A DNA stretch of 64,000 bases from Leucoraja ocellata (Eukaryota), in assembly GCA_036785375.1 (NCBI GenBank), contig JAWMAR010000122.1, positions 5,890,001-5,954,000 on the forward strand. The letters run 5' to 3'. A model generated the notes under the pieces. It did no database searches. It was not told where the DNA came from and saw only the letters and a list, made by a program, of their open reading frames with translations. Below are positions 26,001-37,515 of the stretch, piece after piece; positions within the stretch are counted from its first letter, which is position 1, and every line of letters starts with the position of its first letter. The position numbers were made by a program, and so were the translations under genes.

Positions 26001-29000
26001 CCAGCACTCCCAAGTCCCTTTGCACCTTGAAGCTTCCCAATCCTTTGGCTTCCCACTAATATTTGCAATGTTATATGTCTTCTCTTTTAGTTTTATACTG
26101 TCCTTGGCATTTCTTGTCAGCCACAGTCGCCTCTTTCTCCCCGTAGAATTTTTCTTCCTGTTTGGAATGAAAAGATCCTACATCTTCTGAATTATTCCCA
26201 GAAATTCCTGCCATTGCTGTTCCTCTGCCATCACTGCTAGTGTCCCTTCCCAGTCAACTTTGGCCAGCTGCTCTCACATGTAGTCCCCTTTGTTCTGCTG
26301 CAATACCGACATGAAATGAAATTTGTGAATTTTGGATTGAGGGGCAGTCAAAGAACAAAGCAGAATATAGATCAGTACAGATATGTTGGAGAAATGGCAG
26401 AGGGTGTTTAATCAGAGTTTGGGATATTGTATTTTGGGGGATCAAATCCAAGGAATATACTAAATGGCTGGGCTCTTGGGACGGTGATGTACAAAGGGAT
26501 CTTTGGGTGTTTGTCCATAGCTCACTGAAAATAGCAACGCAAGTAGATAATGAGGTAAAGGAATATGGCATGCTTGCCATCATCGGTCAGGGCATTGAGT
26601 ATACAAGTTGGCAAATTGTGTTGCAGCTGTGCAAAATGTTTTGGTTCTGTTACATTTGGGGTATTCTGTCCAATTGTCCAATATAGGCAAGATGGAGAGA
26701 TTTCAGAGAAGGGTTTTACCAGAATGTTTTTGAAAAAAAACCACATGCAGTGCTAGAATAACGAGGCAGATCAGACAGCATCCCCCCACCCATGTTTTCT
26801 ACTGCTCATTGACCACTTTCTTTCTTAGACTCACTGCAATAGCCACGTGTCCTTTGTAAAAAATATAATCATAGTTTTCCTTGTCCTTGCCTTTCATCCC
26901 ACTAACTTCCACATTCAGCATATCCTTTATCTCTTCTGCCAACTATAACACGATCACACAACCAGCCTTATCTTGATCTCCCCACCCTTCTGCAGTGACT
27001 ACTCTCCATAACTGCTTGAACTGCTCATCATCCTGTTGGCACTTTCTCTGCTGGAGAGCAACACTTGTTCCTAAACATCTTCCCTCATCACCTTTCAGGG
27101 ACCTAAGCTGTTCTTCCAGGTTAGGTGAACATCCACATGCATCTCCTTCACCCTTGAATACTGCATCCAGTGCTGTTGATGTAGCCTCCTCAACTATTCC
27201 AAATGCAGAAGAGGCGACTAGTTTGCAGAGCATCTGAGCTCTGTCCACAATAGCAATCCTGAGATCCTGGCTAAATGCTATTTCAACTTCCCATTTCCAC
27301 ACTGACTTGTCCGTCTTTAACCTTTTTCACCACCAAAGTAAAGCCCAACACAAACTGAAAGAACAATACCTGGTGGAGGAAATTGATATGGAGAGGGCAT
27401 AGGTTTAAGGTGAGAGAGGAACGTTTTAGCCTGTCGAGGTAAATGAGGCAAGCCCAATAGCAACATTTCAGGGACATTTCAAAAGGTACATGGATATGAA
27501 AGGTTTTGGGGGGGGATATGGAACACCTTGATCAGTGTGATGAGTTGGACAGAAGGGCCTATTCCTGTGCTACATGGCTCTGACTAACATAGTAGATAAG
27601 GTCGTCTACAACCCAATAGTACAAATATTGAGCCTGAAATTTCAGGTAAACATCACCACTTGTTCTCCTCTTGGTCCTCTCATTTTTGTCCCCTTTCCCA
27701 TTAAACTCCCCCTCACCCGGATGACTACGTTTCTTATCTCTCCAACTTTAGTTTTAATCCATCATCTACCGACAATCTTCACTCATAGAAACATAGGAAA
27801 TAGGTGCAGGAGTAGGCATTCGGCACTTCGCGCCAGCTGATCATAGCTGATCATCCAAAATCAGAACCCCATTCCCGCTTTCTCCCCATATCCCTTAATT
27901 CCATTAGCCCTAAGAGCTATATCTAACTCTCTACATCCAGCAAATTGGCCTGCAATGCCTTTTGTAGTAGAGAATTCCACAGATTCACAACTCTCTCAGT
28001 GAAAAATGTTTTCCTCATCTGTCCTAAATGACTATCCCTCATTCTTACTCACTGTGTCCCCTCCCTCATATGGCACCATGTACCCGTCACCTCTCCCTTA
28101 ATAGTTCCCATTTATTACCATCTTTATCAGATTCTCAGTTTTCCGCTTTTGCGTCCCCACTCAATGCCCTCCATTCATTGTCTCCAACTTTGCCCTCCCC
28201 TTCCCCCACTTGGCTCCATCTATCTTCTTCCTTCTCTCCAGAGATGTGGCCTGTTACTAGTCGGAGTCGGATACACAAGAAATGAAGGAGTCGGAGTCGC
28301 GTGTTTTGGGTATCGACTCCACAACCCTGATATATTATCCCCCCATTTCAGGATTGAGCCAGTACCTTCAGCAGCCATACATGCCCAGGCCATAACACCA
28401 TGTTTCACAGATACGGTGGTATGCTTTGGATATTGGGCAGTTCCTTCTCTCCTCCATACTTTGCTCTTGCCATCAGTCGAATATAAGTTAATCTTCGTCT
28501 CATCTGTCCACTAGACCTTTTTCCAGAACTGTGGTTGCTCTTTTAAGTACTTCTTGGCAAACTGTAACCTGGCCATCCGATTTTTGCAGCTAACCAGTGG
28601 TTTGCATCTTGCAGTGTAGCGTCTGTATTTCTGTTCATGAAGTCTTCTGCATACAGTGGTCATTGACAAAATCACACCTGAAGAGTGTTTGTGGTCTGTC
28701 AGACAGGTGTTTGGGGATTTTCCTTAATTATAGAGAGAATTCTTCTGTCATCAGCTGTGGAGGTCTTCCTTGGTGTTCCAAATAGTTGATTTTGGTAAGC
28801 CTTAGGTTTGGCTAACAGTTTTATTCTTGGTTCTCATAAGTCTCATAATGGCTTATTTGACTTTTATAGGCAGAACTTTGGTTCTCGTGTTGATAAACAG
28901 CAATAAAAGTTTCCAAAGGTCATGGAAAGATGAGGTGCTGAGAGCTCTCTTAATTGCCATTAAGGAGGCAATTAAACACACCGGAGCAATTACAAACGCC

Positions 29001-29237
29001 TGTGAAGCCATGTGTCCCAAACATTGTGGTGCCCTGAAATGGGGGGACTATGTATAAACACAGCTGTAATTTCCACTTGGTGAAACCAAAATGTATAAAA
29101 ATGGCCTTTATTAAAATCTGACAATGTGCACTTTAACTGCATGTGTTTTTTTTTCTATTACAAATCTCTAATGGTGGAGTACAGAAGCAAATTAAATAAA
29201 CGATGGGTCTCTGTCCCAAACATTATGGAGGGCACTG
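23089..29237 (-). mobile_element. Tc1/mariner element split by a 5 kb insertion in its left TIR
   Basis: Left TIR CAGTGCCCTCCATAATGTTTGGGAC... 23089-23276 resumes at 28338 (TCCCCCCATTTCAGG). Right TIR ends CACTG|TA at 29237. Transposase remnants lie at 28350-28900. Confidence 0.85.
23277..28329. mobile_element. hAT-like element with ~5 kb of heterogeneous internal sequence
   Basis: Imperfect TIRs CAAGGCTGTCAAGTCGG / TCGACTCCACAACCCTG (12/17); GGAGTC subterminal repeats at both ends; degenerate 8-bp TSD GTACATAG / ATATATTA. Confidence 0.6.
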
Positions 29238-29399
29238 TATGAGGTGCTGTTCCTCCAATTAGTGCTGGGCCTCACTCTGATAATGGAGGAGGCCCTGGAC
29301 AAAAAGGTCAGATTGGGGCTGGGAGGGGGAGTTAAAGTTCTGAGCAACCGGCTGAGTGCTGAGCTTTCTCTTTAAGAACACAGACTGCTAGTTACACTG

Positions 29400-29772
29400 T
29401 AGAGTAAAACTTTCTCCCAATTTTGTTAGTGGGGGCATGAACATCGAATTCTCCCAATTTTGTTAGTGGGGGCATGAACATCGAATTCTCCCAATTTTGT
29501 TAGTTCCGTTTGGGGAGTCTGCATCCCGGGGGCATGAACATCGAATTCTCCCAATTTTGTTAGTCCTTGCTGTCTCCTCCCCTTCCTCAACCCCCCTGCT
29601 GTCTCCTCCCATCCCCCAGCCTTCGGGCTCCTCCTGCTTTTCCCTTTCTTGCCCCCACCAACCCCCACCCCCGATCAGTCTGAAGAAGGGTTTCGGCCCG
29701 AAACGTTGCCTATTTCCTTCGCTCCATAGATGCTGCTGCACCCGCTGAGTTTCTCCAGCTTTTTTGGGTAAC
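29400..29772 (+). mobile_element. Short Penelope-like pLTR insertion with 15-bp TSD and 37-bp tandem repeats at its 5' end
   Basis: TSD CTGCTAGTTACACTG on both sides; repeated unit TGGGGGCATGAACATCGAATTCTCCCAATTTTGTTAG. Confidence 0.8.
29680..29707 (+). ncRNA. Minimal hammerhead-ribozyme-like core in Penelope pLTR
   Basis: CUGAAGA-A-GGG-UUUCGG-CCC-GAAA-CG-UU: conserved CUGANGA/GAAA/UH core and palindromic ACGU at stem III; stem I is weak. Confidence 0.55.
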
Positions 29773-30089
29773 CTGCTAGTTACACTGCTGACACTATGGA
29801 AATTGACATGACATTGAAATTGACTGACTTCCGATTGCTTCCATCCACACTTAACTCTTTAATGTAACAGACTGCCTTTAGTATTTTAGCTTGCAGTAAC
29901 AAAATTACATGTAGCTACTAAAAAGAACTTTGCATTTGAAGGCAATTCATTGTATCACAGAGTGGCCGCTAGGTGGTTGGAGTAAATCCCTTACTCGCTT
30001 ATAGCAGACAATCTACAATAGCGAATACTATTTTCTCCCTGTGGTATGTTATAATGAGGGTTTACAATTGATTGCAGAATTGGTATGTT

Positions 30090-30820
30090 AATAGATTGAT
30101 ACAGATGGGGAGGGTATTTGATAAAGTACCGCATGGTGAGAGACCAGGTATGACTGCTCAAGGATAAAGGAGGAAATTTGTGCTTGGTCAGACGATGTGT
30201 GCAAGGTACTAAATGAATGTTTTCCATCTACATTCACCAAGGAGAGGGACATGGAGGACAGTGAGATCAGTATGGAGAGTACTAGCATGCAAAGACATTT
30301 TCAAATTAAGGAGGAGGTGGTGTTGGGGTTCTTAAAGAGAATTAAGGTGGATGAATTCCCTGAGCCTGATGCGATCTGTCCCAACTTATTAAGTGGAGAT
30401 TTGCGAAAATACTTCTATCTTCTCTAGCTACAAGCCAAAGTCCTGGAGGACTGGAGTCGATGGTGTTTCTTTGTTTACGAAGGGAAGTGGAGAGAATCCA
30501 GGAAGTTACAGGCCAGTGAGCCTCATGTCAGTGGTAGGGAAGCTATTGGAGAGGATTCTGTGGGATAGGATTTCTTCCCATAGGAAGGTGGGCTAATGAG
30601 GGACCAACCTCATGGCTTTGTAACTGGTAGATCATGTCTTCCAAACTTGATTGAGTTTTTTGAGGTGACAATGAAGATGATTGAAGGGGGTATGGCGGTG
30701 GATGTTTTCTACATGGAGTTTAGTTAGGCGGGAAGTTGAGTAAGTCTCCCACGGCAGACTGATCCAGAAGATGAGGGATATCGTGGGCTGAAACGCCTGT
30801 TCCTGTGCTGCACTTTTCTG
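30090..30820 (+). mobile_element. Decayed CR1 ORF2 fragment (duplicate at ~6660-7390)
   Basis: NPGSYRPVSLMSVVGKLLERIL and HGFVTGRSCL.NLIEFFE motifs. Confidence 0.8.
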
Positions 30821-31817
30821 TTGTATAAATGTGTGAACCTTTGAAATCCATTAATATTATACTTGCCTCCTATAGTGGAGAGCAAAACTGAACTTTTTTG
30901 TTGCTATAGTTATGGATGATCATTTATGATTGAGAATTGTCCAGAGTAGTTTGTTAACAATGCAAGGTTACTTTTGCCATATGGAATGATGACTGGGTAG
31001 CAATAGATTATCAGTGGAAAATCTGCAATTGGGTTATTTTACTATGTTATATTGAGGATTCATAACAGGCAAAATGATGGTGATGATCAGTTTGTACTGA
31101 TGTTTCGTACTGAACTTAATTGAAGACTTAAATGATCAACACTGAATATCCTTATGGGCTTTGACCAGAAGCAAAGCCAATGATGAACATAGTGTTAAAA
31201 AAATTTAAGTTCTGACATATGATCCGTGTTTCTCTGCACTATTTATTGCATATTCCTTTGCCTTGTTTCTTCTATACAAAGGTGGCACCTCGTACCTCTG
31301 TAGATGGAATTCCATTTTATGTTTTGGCCTAGTTAAGTATTCCACTGATACCTTTTGCTGCCATAGTAATTTTTCACTATCAACCAAAAAAACCTTTTCC
31401 TCATCCAGCAGTACTGAGAATTTTTGTAATACTCTGTATGACTTCCATGCTGTCTGGTTGTTTATCTTGACATTAACTACAGTTTAAGTCATTTTGTGCT
31501 TTAATTTCTCAAAGTAAAAGTAAATGTCATTAAAAATTTAGCTTTAAATAATGCTGATTTTCTTAAAAAATAATGTGGATGAAAGTCTCAGGTTGCTTTT
31601 TTGTGTTGAAATCTTGTAAAGTCACTTCCTTTAGTTGCATCATTGACTCAAGGCATGTGTTTTGCTTTCCACAGAGACTGGCCTGCTAAATATTTCCAGA
31701 ACATTGAGATGATTTTTATTTCAAAACATTTTAATTTCAGATTTTCATTTTCATAGCCAGTATTTTGATTTTTCATTTCATTTATTTTTTAATCTCTTCA
31801 TTTTCTTTTATCTTCAG

Positions 31818-32018
31818 GAAGGTGAAATGCCAATCCAAGATTTATTAAATTTGTATGGTTATGGGAAGACTGTGCCATTTCCTGGTGATGATGATGAGGA
31901 GGATGATGATGATGAAGTGGAGGAAGATGATGATGGAGATGAAGGAGATAATGAAGAAAATAGTGGAAGCAGTGAGGTTCCAGAGACAGAGGATCTACCT
32001 GAGATAAATATAAACCAG
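31818..32018 (+). CDS. MIER1: MIER1 exon 4, acidic region (EGEMPIQDLLNLYGY...EININQ)
   Basis: Polypyrimidine TCTTCAG|GAA...CAG|GTTAGT; human has EGDMPIHELLSLYGY; 201 nt, phase 0-0. Confidence 0.93.
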
Positions 32019-32621
32019 GTTAGTTAAAATGTTGGTGGTATAACAGTTGGTGGATAAGAGCTTCATCTGAGCAATCTATACATAAGGTTTTGTTTTGAAG
32101 AACTTATGGTTTGATGGAGTGGGATTTTAGTCTGTGTAATGTGAGACTGAATTTTTTGTACTATGTTCAACTAAACTGCGAACAATGCTCAAACACAATT
32201 ATTTTTTCTTAGATTTTGCTTGTCCTTTGATTCAACATTTTATTTTCTGATGTATTTGTTTTTTTACAGTCATTGCAATACACCTTGTTCAGTCAAACTG
32301 TCCATTAATTTCCTGGCTCTTTCATGTATTTTTGTGCTGCTCCGGAAGTTGTGATCATTATATAGTGATTTTTGTTCACCAATTATAGTTAACCAGCTGC
32401 TTCCATTCATAGGAGCATAAGCAGTCCCTTGGCATCCATATTAAATTAAGTTTGAATCCATGACTTGTTTGAATGCAACCATTGCTTTTTAATGCCAGTT
32501 TAAAATCTTGGATTTGGGTCTTTCAGGAGGGACTTGAACCTGCAACCTTTTTATTTGGGTCACAATGAGCATTTGTCTGGAGTCGGAGCCTCTAACCCAG
32601 ATGTAATCATTATACATCTAG

Positions 32622-33966
32622 GGTAGACAAAAATGCTGGAGAAACTCAGCGGGTGCGGCAGCATCTATGGAGCGAAGGAAATAGGCAAAGTTTTGGGCCA
32701 AAATCCTTCCTAAGACTGATGCCGGGTGGGGGGGGGGCGGGTATAAAAAGGAAGGGAAGAGGGAGAGCTGAGAAGGGGAGGAGACATCAAGGGCAACTGG
32801 AAATTGGAGGTCAATGTTCAGGCCACTGGGATGCAGACTGCCCAAGCGGAATATGAGGTGCTGCGCCTCCAGTTTCCGGTGATGCTCACTCTGTCAATGG
32901 ACGTGGCCCAGGACAGAAAGGTTGGATTCGGAATGGGAGGGTGAGTTGAAGTGCTGAGCCACAGGGAGATCAGGTTGGTTAATGCGGACCGAGCGGAGGT
33001 GTTCGGCGGAATGATCGCCAAGCCTACGCTTGGTCTCACCGATGTAGATCAGCTGACATTTAGAGCAGCAGATGCAATAGATGAGGTTGGAGGAGATACA
33101 GGTGAACCTCTGTCGCACCTGGAACGACTGCTTGGGTCCTTGAATGGAGTCGAGGGGGGAGGTAAAGCGACCAGTGTAGCATCTCTTGCGGTTGCAAGGG
33201 AAAGTGCCCGGGGAGGGGGTGGGAAGGTGGGAAGGGAAGAATTGACGAAAATGACTGAGGACTATTTGTTGTATGTGACGGCTAGTGTGATGGAAGGTGA
33301 GGACTATAGGGCCTTTGTTCTGAGTAGGGGGATGGGGAGAGGGAGAGCAATGTTGCAGGGCATTGAAGAGACCCTGGTGAGAGCCTCATTTATGGTAGGG
33401 GAGGGGAACCCCCGTTCCTGAAGAATGAGGACATTTCCGATGCCCTGGTGTGGAACACCTCATCCTGGGAGCAGATGCGGCGTAGATGGAGGAATTGGGA
33501 GTAGGGGATGGAGTCCTTACAGGAAGCAGGGTGGGAAGAAGTGTAGTCTAGATAGCCATGGGAGTCAATGGGTTTATAGTGGATGTTGGTCAAAAGCCTA
33601 TCACCTGCGATGGAGATAGTGAGGTCAAGAAATGGTAGGGAAGTGTCGGAAATGGTCCAGGCGTATTTGAGTGCTGGATGGAAGTTAGTGGCGAAGTTGA
33701 TGAAGTTAGTGAGCTGTGTGTGGGTGCAGGAGGTAGCACCAATGCAATCGTCGATGTAGCAGAGGTAGAGGTCGGGGATGGGGCCCTGGTACGTCTCGAA
33801 CCTTGTTCGATGTACCCTACAAAGAGGCAGGCATAACTGGGGCCCATGCGCGTGCCCATAGCTACGCCTTGTGTCTGGAAGAAATGGGAGGTCATATGAA
33901 AAGTTATTGAGGGTAACGACTAATTCCGCTAGGCGGAGGAGCATATCAGTGGACGGGTTCTCCGGT
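32622..33966 (-). mobile_element. Penelope-like retroelement (RT + GIY-YIG + pLTR), 5'-truncated and frameshifted
   Basis: ORFs 33390-34040, 33590-33895 and 32894-33118 contain GVAMGTRMGPSYA, YIDD, LPFLDL, YKP.D.H.YL and LIY..YIGET. Confidence 0.9.
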
Positions 33967-34671
33967 CTCTCTCCCCATCCCCCTACTCGGGACAAGGGCA
34001 GAGTCGTTATGCAATTTCTATTAGTTCTTTCCACTTCCAAACAAAAATGTGGTTGGATTATTCAGCATATGATCAGACTGTGTCAATAAATCCTGGACCA
34101 TGGTAACATATATGCTTAACCATGCACACTACAGATTGATACAAGCATGTTTTCTGTGAAGGACTGAAAATTACCATGACACGGCCATAGTATGGGTCGT
34201 TATTGCTAATGGCACAAAGCACTCTTGCTTCCCACATAATTTATCCACAACAAAATATACAGGTTGCAAGGAAATTTCTAAAGCTTTTTATGATAATAGC
34301 TGTTAAAACCGACTATACCCATCTGACAGGTTAAACATTACACTAACTGACAAGAGATGGCCAAAGCACATAACTGCAGCAAATGTTCTTTTGGTAATAT
34401 GTTTAAAGGTGTCAAAACAAATAATAACATTGGGAATTAAAACACGTTTGATTGCATTCCGTTATCAAACATAGTCAATGTTCGCTCTGAAGACCATGAA
34501 GCACAATAGGGTCAGGGTGTGTGTGAATCGGTGCGGGGTGGATAGATGGCGGAGGGTTGAGAAGGCAATCGGTGCAGAATGGATGGATTGAGGCAGGTGA
34601 ATTAGTACATGTTGGTTGGAGTATGTAAAATTGTGAGGGGAGAGCACGGGGGATGTCAGTGGTGTTGAAAG

Positions 34672-35225
34672 GTGGGATCAGTACGGGATGGATGGGGGGG
34701 GGGGATCAGTACAGGAATGGTGGGGATCAGTACAGGATGAATGGGGGTAGACAAAAATGCTGGAGAAATTCAGCGGGTGAGGCAGCATCTATGGAGCGAA
34801 GGAAATAGGCAACGTTTCGGGTCTATACCCTTCTTCATACTGTCCCCCCCCCCCCCCCATTCTTCTTGAATGGGGAGATCAGTACAGGATGGATGGGGGG
34901 GATCAGTACAGGATGAATGGGGGGGGGGGGGGGTCAGGACAGTGGAACGGAGGATATGTGCAGGATGAATGGGGGATCACTACAGGATGAATGAGTTGAT
35001 CAGTATAGGATGAATGAGGGATCAGTACGGGGTGCATGAGGGGATCAGTACAGGATGAATGGGTGATCAGTAAAAGATGAATGGGGAGATCACTACAGGA
35101 TAAATGGGGAGGGATTGGTGCCGAGTAAATGGAGGGTGGGTCAGTATGGGATGAATGGGAGGATCAGTGCAGTATGAATGGGCGAAGAAGTACAGGATGG
35201 ATGGGAAGAGGGGTCAGTACAGGGA
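34672..35225 (+). repeat. Degenerate ~21-23 bp G-rich minisatellite (GGATGAATGGGGGGATCAGTACA) with a pLTR fragment inside (~34747-34842)
   Basis: Many imperfect copies are visible, with long G runs. Confidence 0.8.
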
Positions 35226-35604
35226 CCAGTGTAGGATGAGGGGGGGGGGGGGGGTGGCAGGAGAATCAATGCAAGGTGGGTAGGGTGATGAATAGATTGG
35301 GGGGTGGGTAGATGGGGAGGGGAGCACAGGGGATGCCAGTTAGGAATGAATAGAGGGAATGGGGATCAGTGCGGGATGGAGAGGAGGGGTCCCAGGATAA
35401 GGGGACGTACGAGAGGAAGGGAGGGAGGGAGAGGGAGAGAGAGAGGTCAGCGCTCCTCGGACAACATCGCCCCGCTGCCTTGGCCGTCCCTGTCCAACGC
35501 CAAAGTAGTGCCACCGCCAAAGGAGGTGTCGGTTGGGATCTCCTCGCCACGGCCTCCCCTCCTCCGCCGGCCGACAGGAAGGTGCGGGGCCGAGGGGTGC
35601 AGCT

Positions 35605-35632
35605 CAAAGATCCTATAGCTATAGGATCTTTG
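35605..35632. mobile_element. 28-bp perfect-palindrome mini-transposon with 8-bp TSD
   Basis: GTGCAGCT|CAAAGATCCTATAG-CTATAGGATCTTTG|GTGCAGCT. Confidence 0.75.
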
Positions 35633-35703
35633 GTGCAGCTGCTTCAAACGGCGGTATGAGACCTCCCTCTCCCCCTCCCTCTCTCCCTCTCCTTCCCACC
35701 TCC

Positions 35704-35845
35704 CGGCCTCGGCGTGCGAGAGGGGTTGTTTGAAAGCGCTGTTGGCGGATTTGCAAGCAGCGGCGGTTATCAGGACGATAGTGGCCGCTGCCTGCATATT
35801 CGCCAACGGCGCTTTCAAAACAACCCCTCTCGCACGCCGAGGCCG
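35704..35845. repeat. GC-rich inverted repeat with ~61-bp arms
   Basis: 35704-35764 versus the reverse complement of 35784-35845: 4 mismatches and 1 gap. Confidence 0.85.
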
Positions 35846-36344
35846 AGAGGAGGGAGGGCGGGGTGCGGGAGGAGGAGGCAGTGGAGCCGCTGTCGCGGCC
35901 GCCGCTGCTGCTGTTCGGTGCCCATTTGCTCCGACCCTTCGTCACCATGCACCTAGTATCTTTGCCCCGCAATACAGCCGCCTCTGACATGAAACATCAC
36001 GTTCCTTTTCTCCAGAGATATTGCCTGACCCGTGGAGTTACTCCAGTTTTTTGTGTCTATCGGTATAAACCAGTATCTGCGTGCCAAGCCGGGCAAAATG
36101 ACTCGCCGTTTAGTTTGCCCGGCGGCACTTCGGGTAGTCAATGGCACCCGGGTAACCGCTAATTTCGAGCCCTGAACTAGTGGTCTGGCACCACCTTTAA
36201 TCTGGATAAAATTACAAAAGTACACTTAAAGCCGGTATCTCAGCTCCTCGGAGGCCTTAACCTCTGTTGGTCCAGCAAAATGAATAATCCAGTAAGACTC
36301 TGGAACCGAGTATGCCAGAAAAACGATGGTGTACCTGGACTTTG

Positions 36345-36980
36345 CAGCACATGTTAAAATAGACCAAAGTCAACATGGTTATTGTGAAGGGGAGATCTTG
36401 CCTGACAAATCTTTTGGAATTCTTTGAGGAAGTAAATAGTAAGATAGACAAAGGTGAGTTAGTGGATGTTGTTTACCTGGATTTTCAAAAGGTTATTGAT
36501 AAGGTGCTGAGCATGAGGCTGCTACAGAAGATGAGAGTCCATCGTATAAGAGGGAAGATACTAGCATGGATAGAAGTAGAAACAAAGAACTACAGATGCT
36601 GGTTGATACCAAAGATAGAAACAAAGTGCTGGTGTAACTCAGGTGGGTCAGGCAGGATCTCTGGAGGAAATGGATGGGTGACATTTCAGGTTGGGACCCG
36701 AAATATCGTTGATCCTTTTCTGCCAGAGATGCTGCTTGACCCGCTGAATTACTCCAGCACTTAGTGTCTATCTTTAGCATGGATAGAAGATTTGCTGAAT
36801 GAGCGAAAGCAAGGGGCGGAAATAAAGAGGGCTTTTTCTGGTTGGCTGCAAGTGACTAGTGGTGTTAAGGGATCGTTGCTGGAACCGCTACTTTTCACGT
36901 TGTATATCAATGAATTGGATGAGGGAACTGAAGGCTTTGGGGTCAGGTTTGCGGATTGTATGAAGATGGGTGTAGGGGCA
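36345..36980 (+). mobile_element. CR1 RT fragment with inverted-pair pLTR insert 36577-36774
   Basis: KGRSCLTNLLEFFEEV..VDVVYLDFQK; the insert is flanked by the 15-bp TSD TAGCATGGATAGAAG (36562-36576 / 36775-36789). Confidence 0.85.
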
Positions 36981-37197
36981 AATTGTACTACGTTCTGCAG
37001 TTCCATGAGGCGTTTTCATTTGTATGCTGCATAAGTAATCTTTCCCCTTTTCTAACATTTGCATATAGTTACGCAGTCCTTTAGAGTAGCCTTCATATTT
37101 TGACTCAAAAAATCATACTTTTGGACTTGATCTTTTTCTACTAAATGTTGTGAATTCATTGAGCTTTGTTTTACATATTTTTTAATGAATTTCATAG

Positions 37198-37515
<318 letters not shown>

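Noticed and set aside
31971-31982. In-frame internal donor GAG|GTTCCA that would shorten exon 4 by 14 codons
   Set aside because: Poor consensus match compared with CAG|GTTAGT at 32018; cannot be supported without transcripts.
32515-32575. tRNA-like B-box on the minus strand (GGTTCAAGTCCC; duplicate at ~9100)
   Set aside because: No cloverleaf can be formed; probably an old SINE head.
35266-36225. Cluster of overlapping 60-120 aa ORFs
   Set aside because: GC-rich, stop-poor repeat DNA with low-complexity translations and no recognisable domain.
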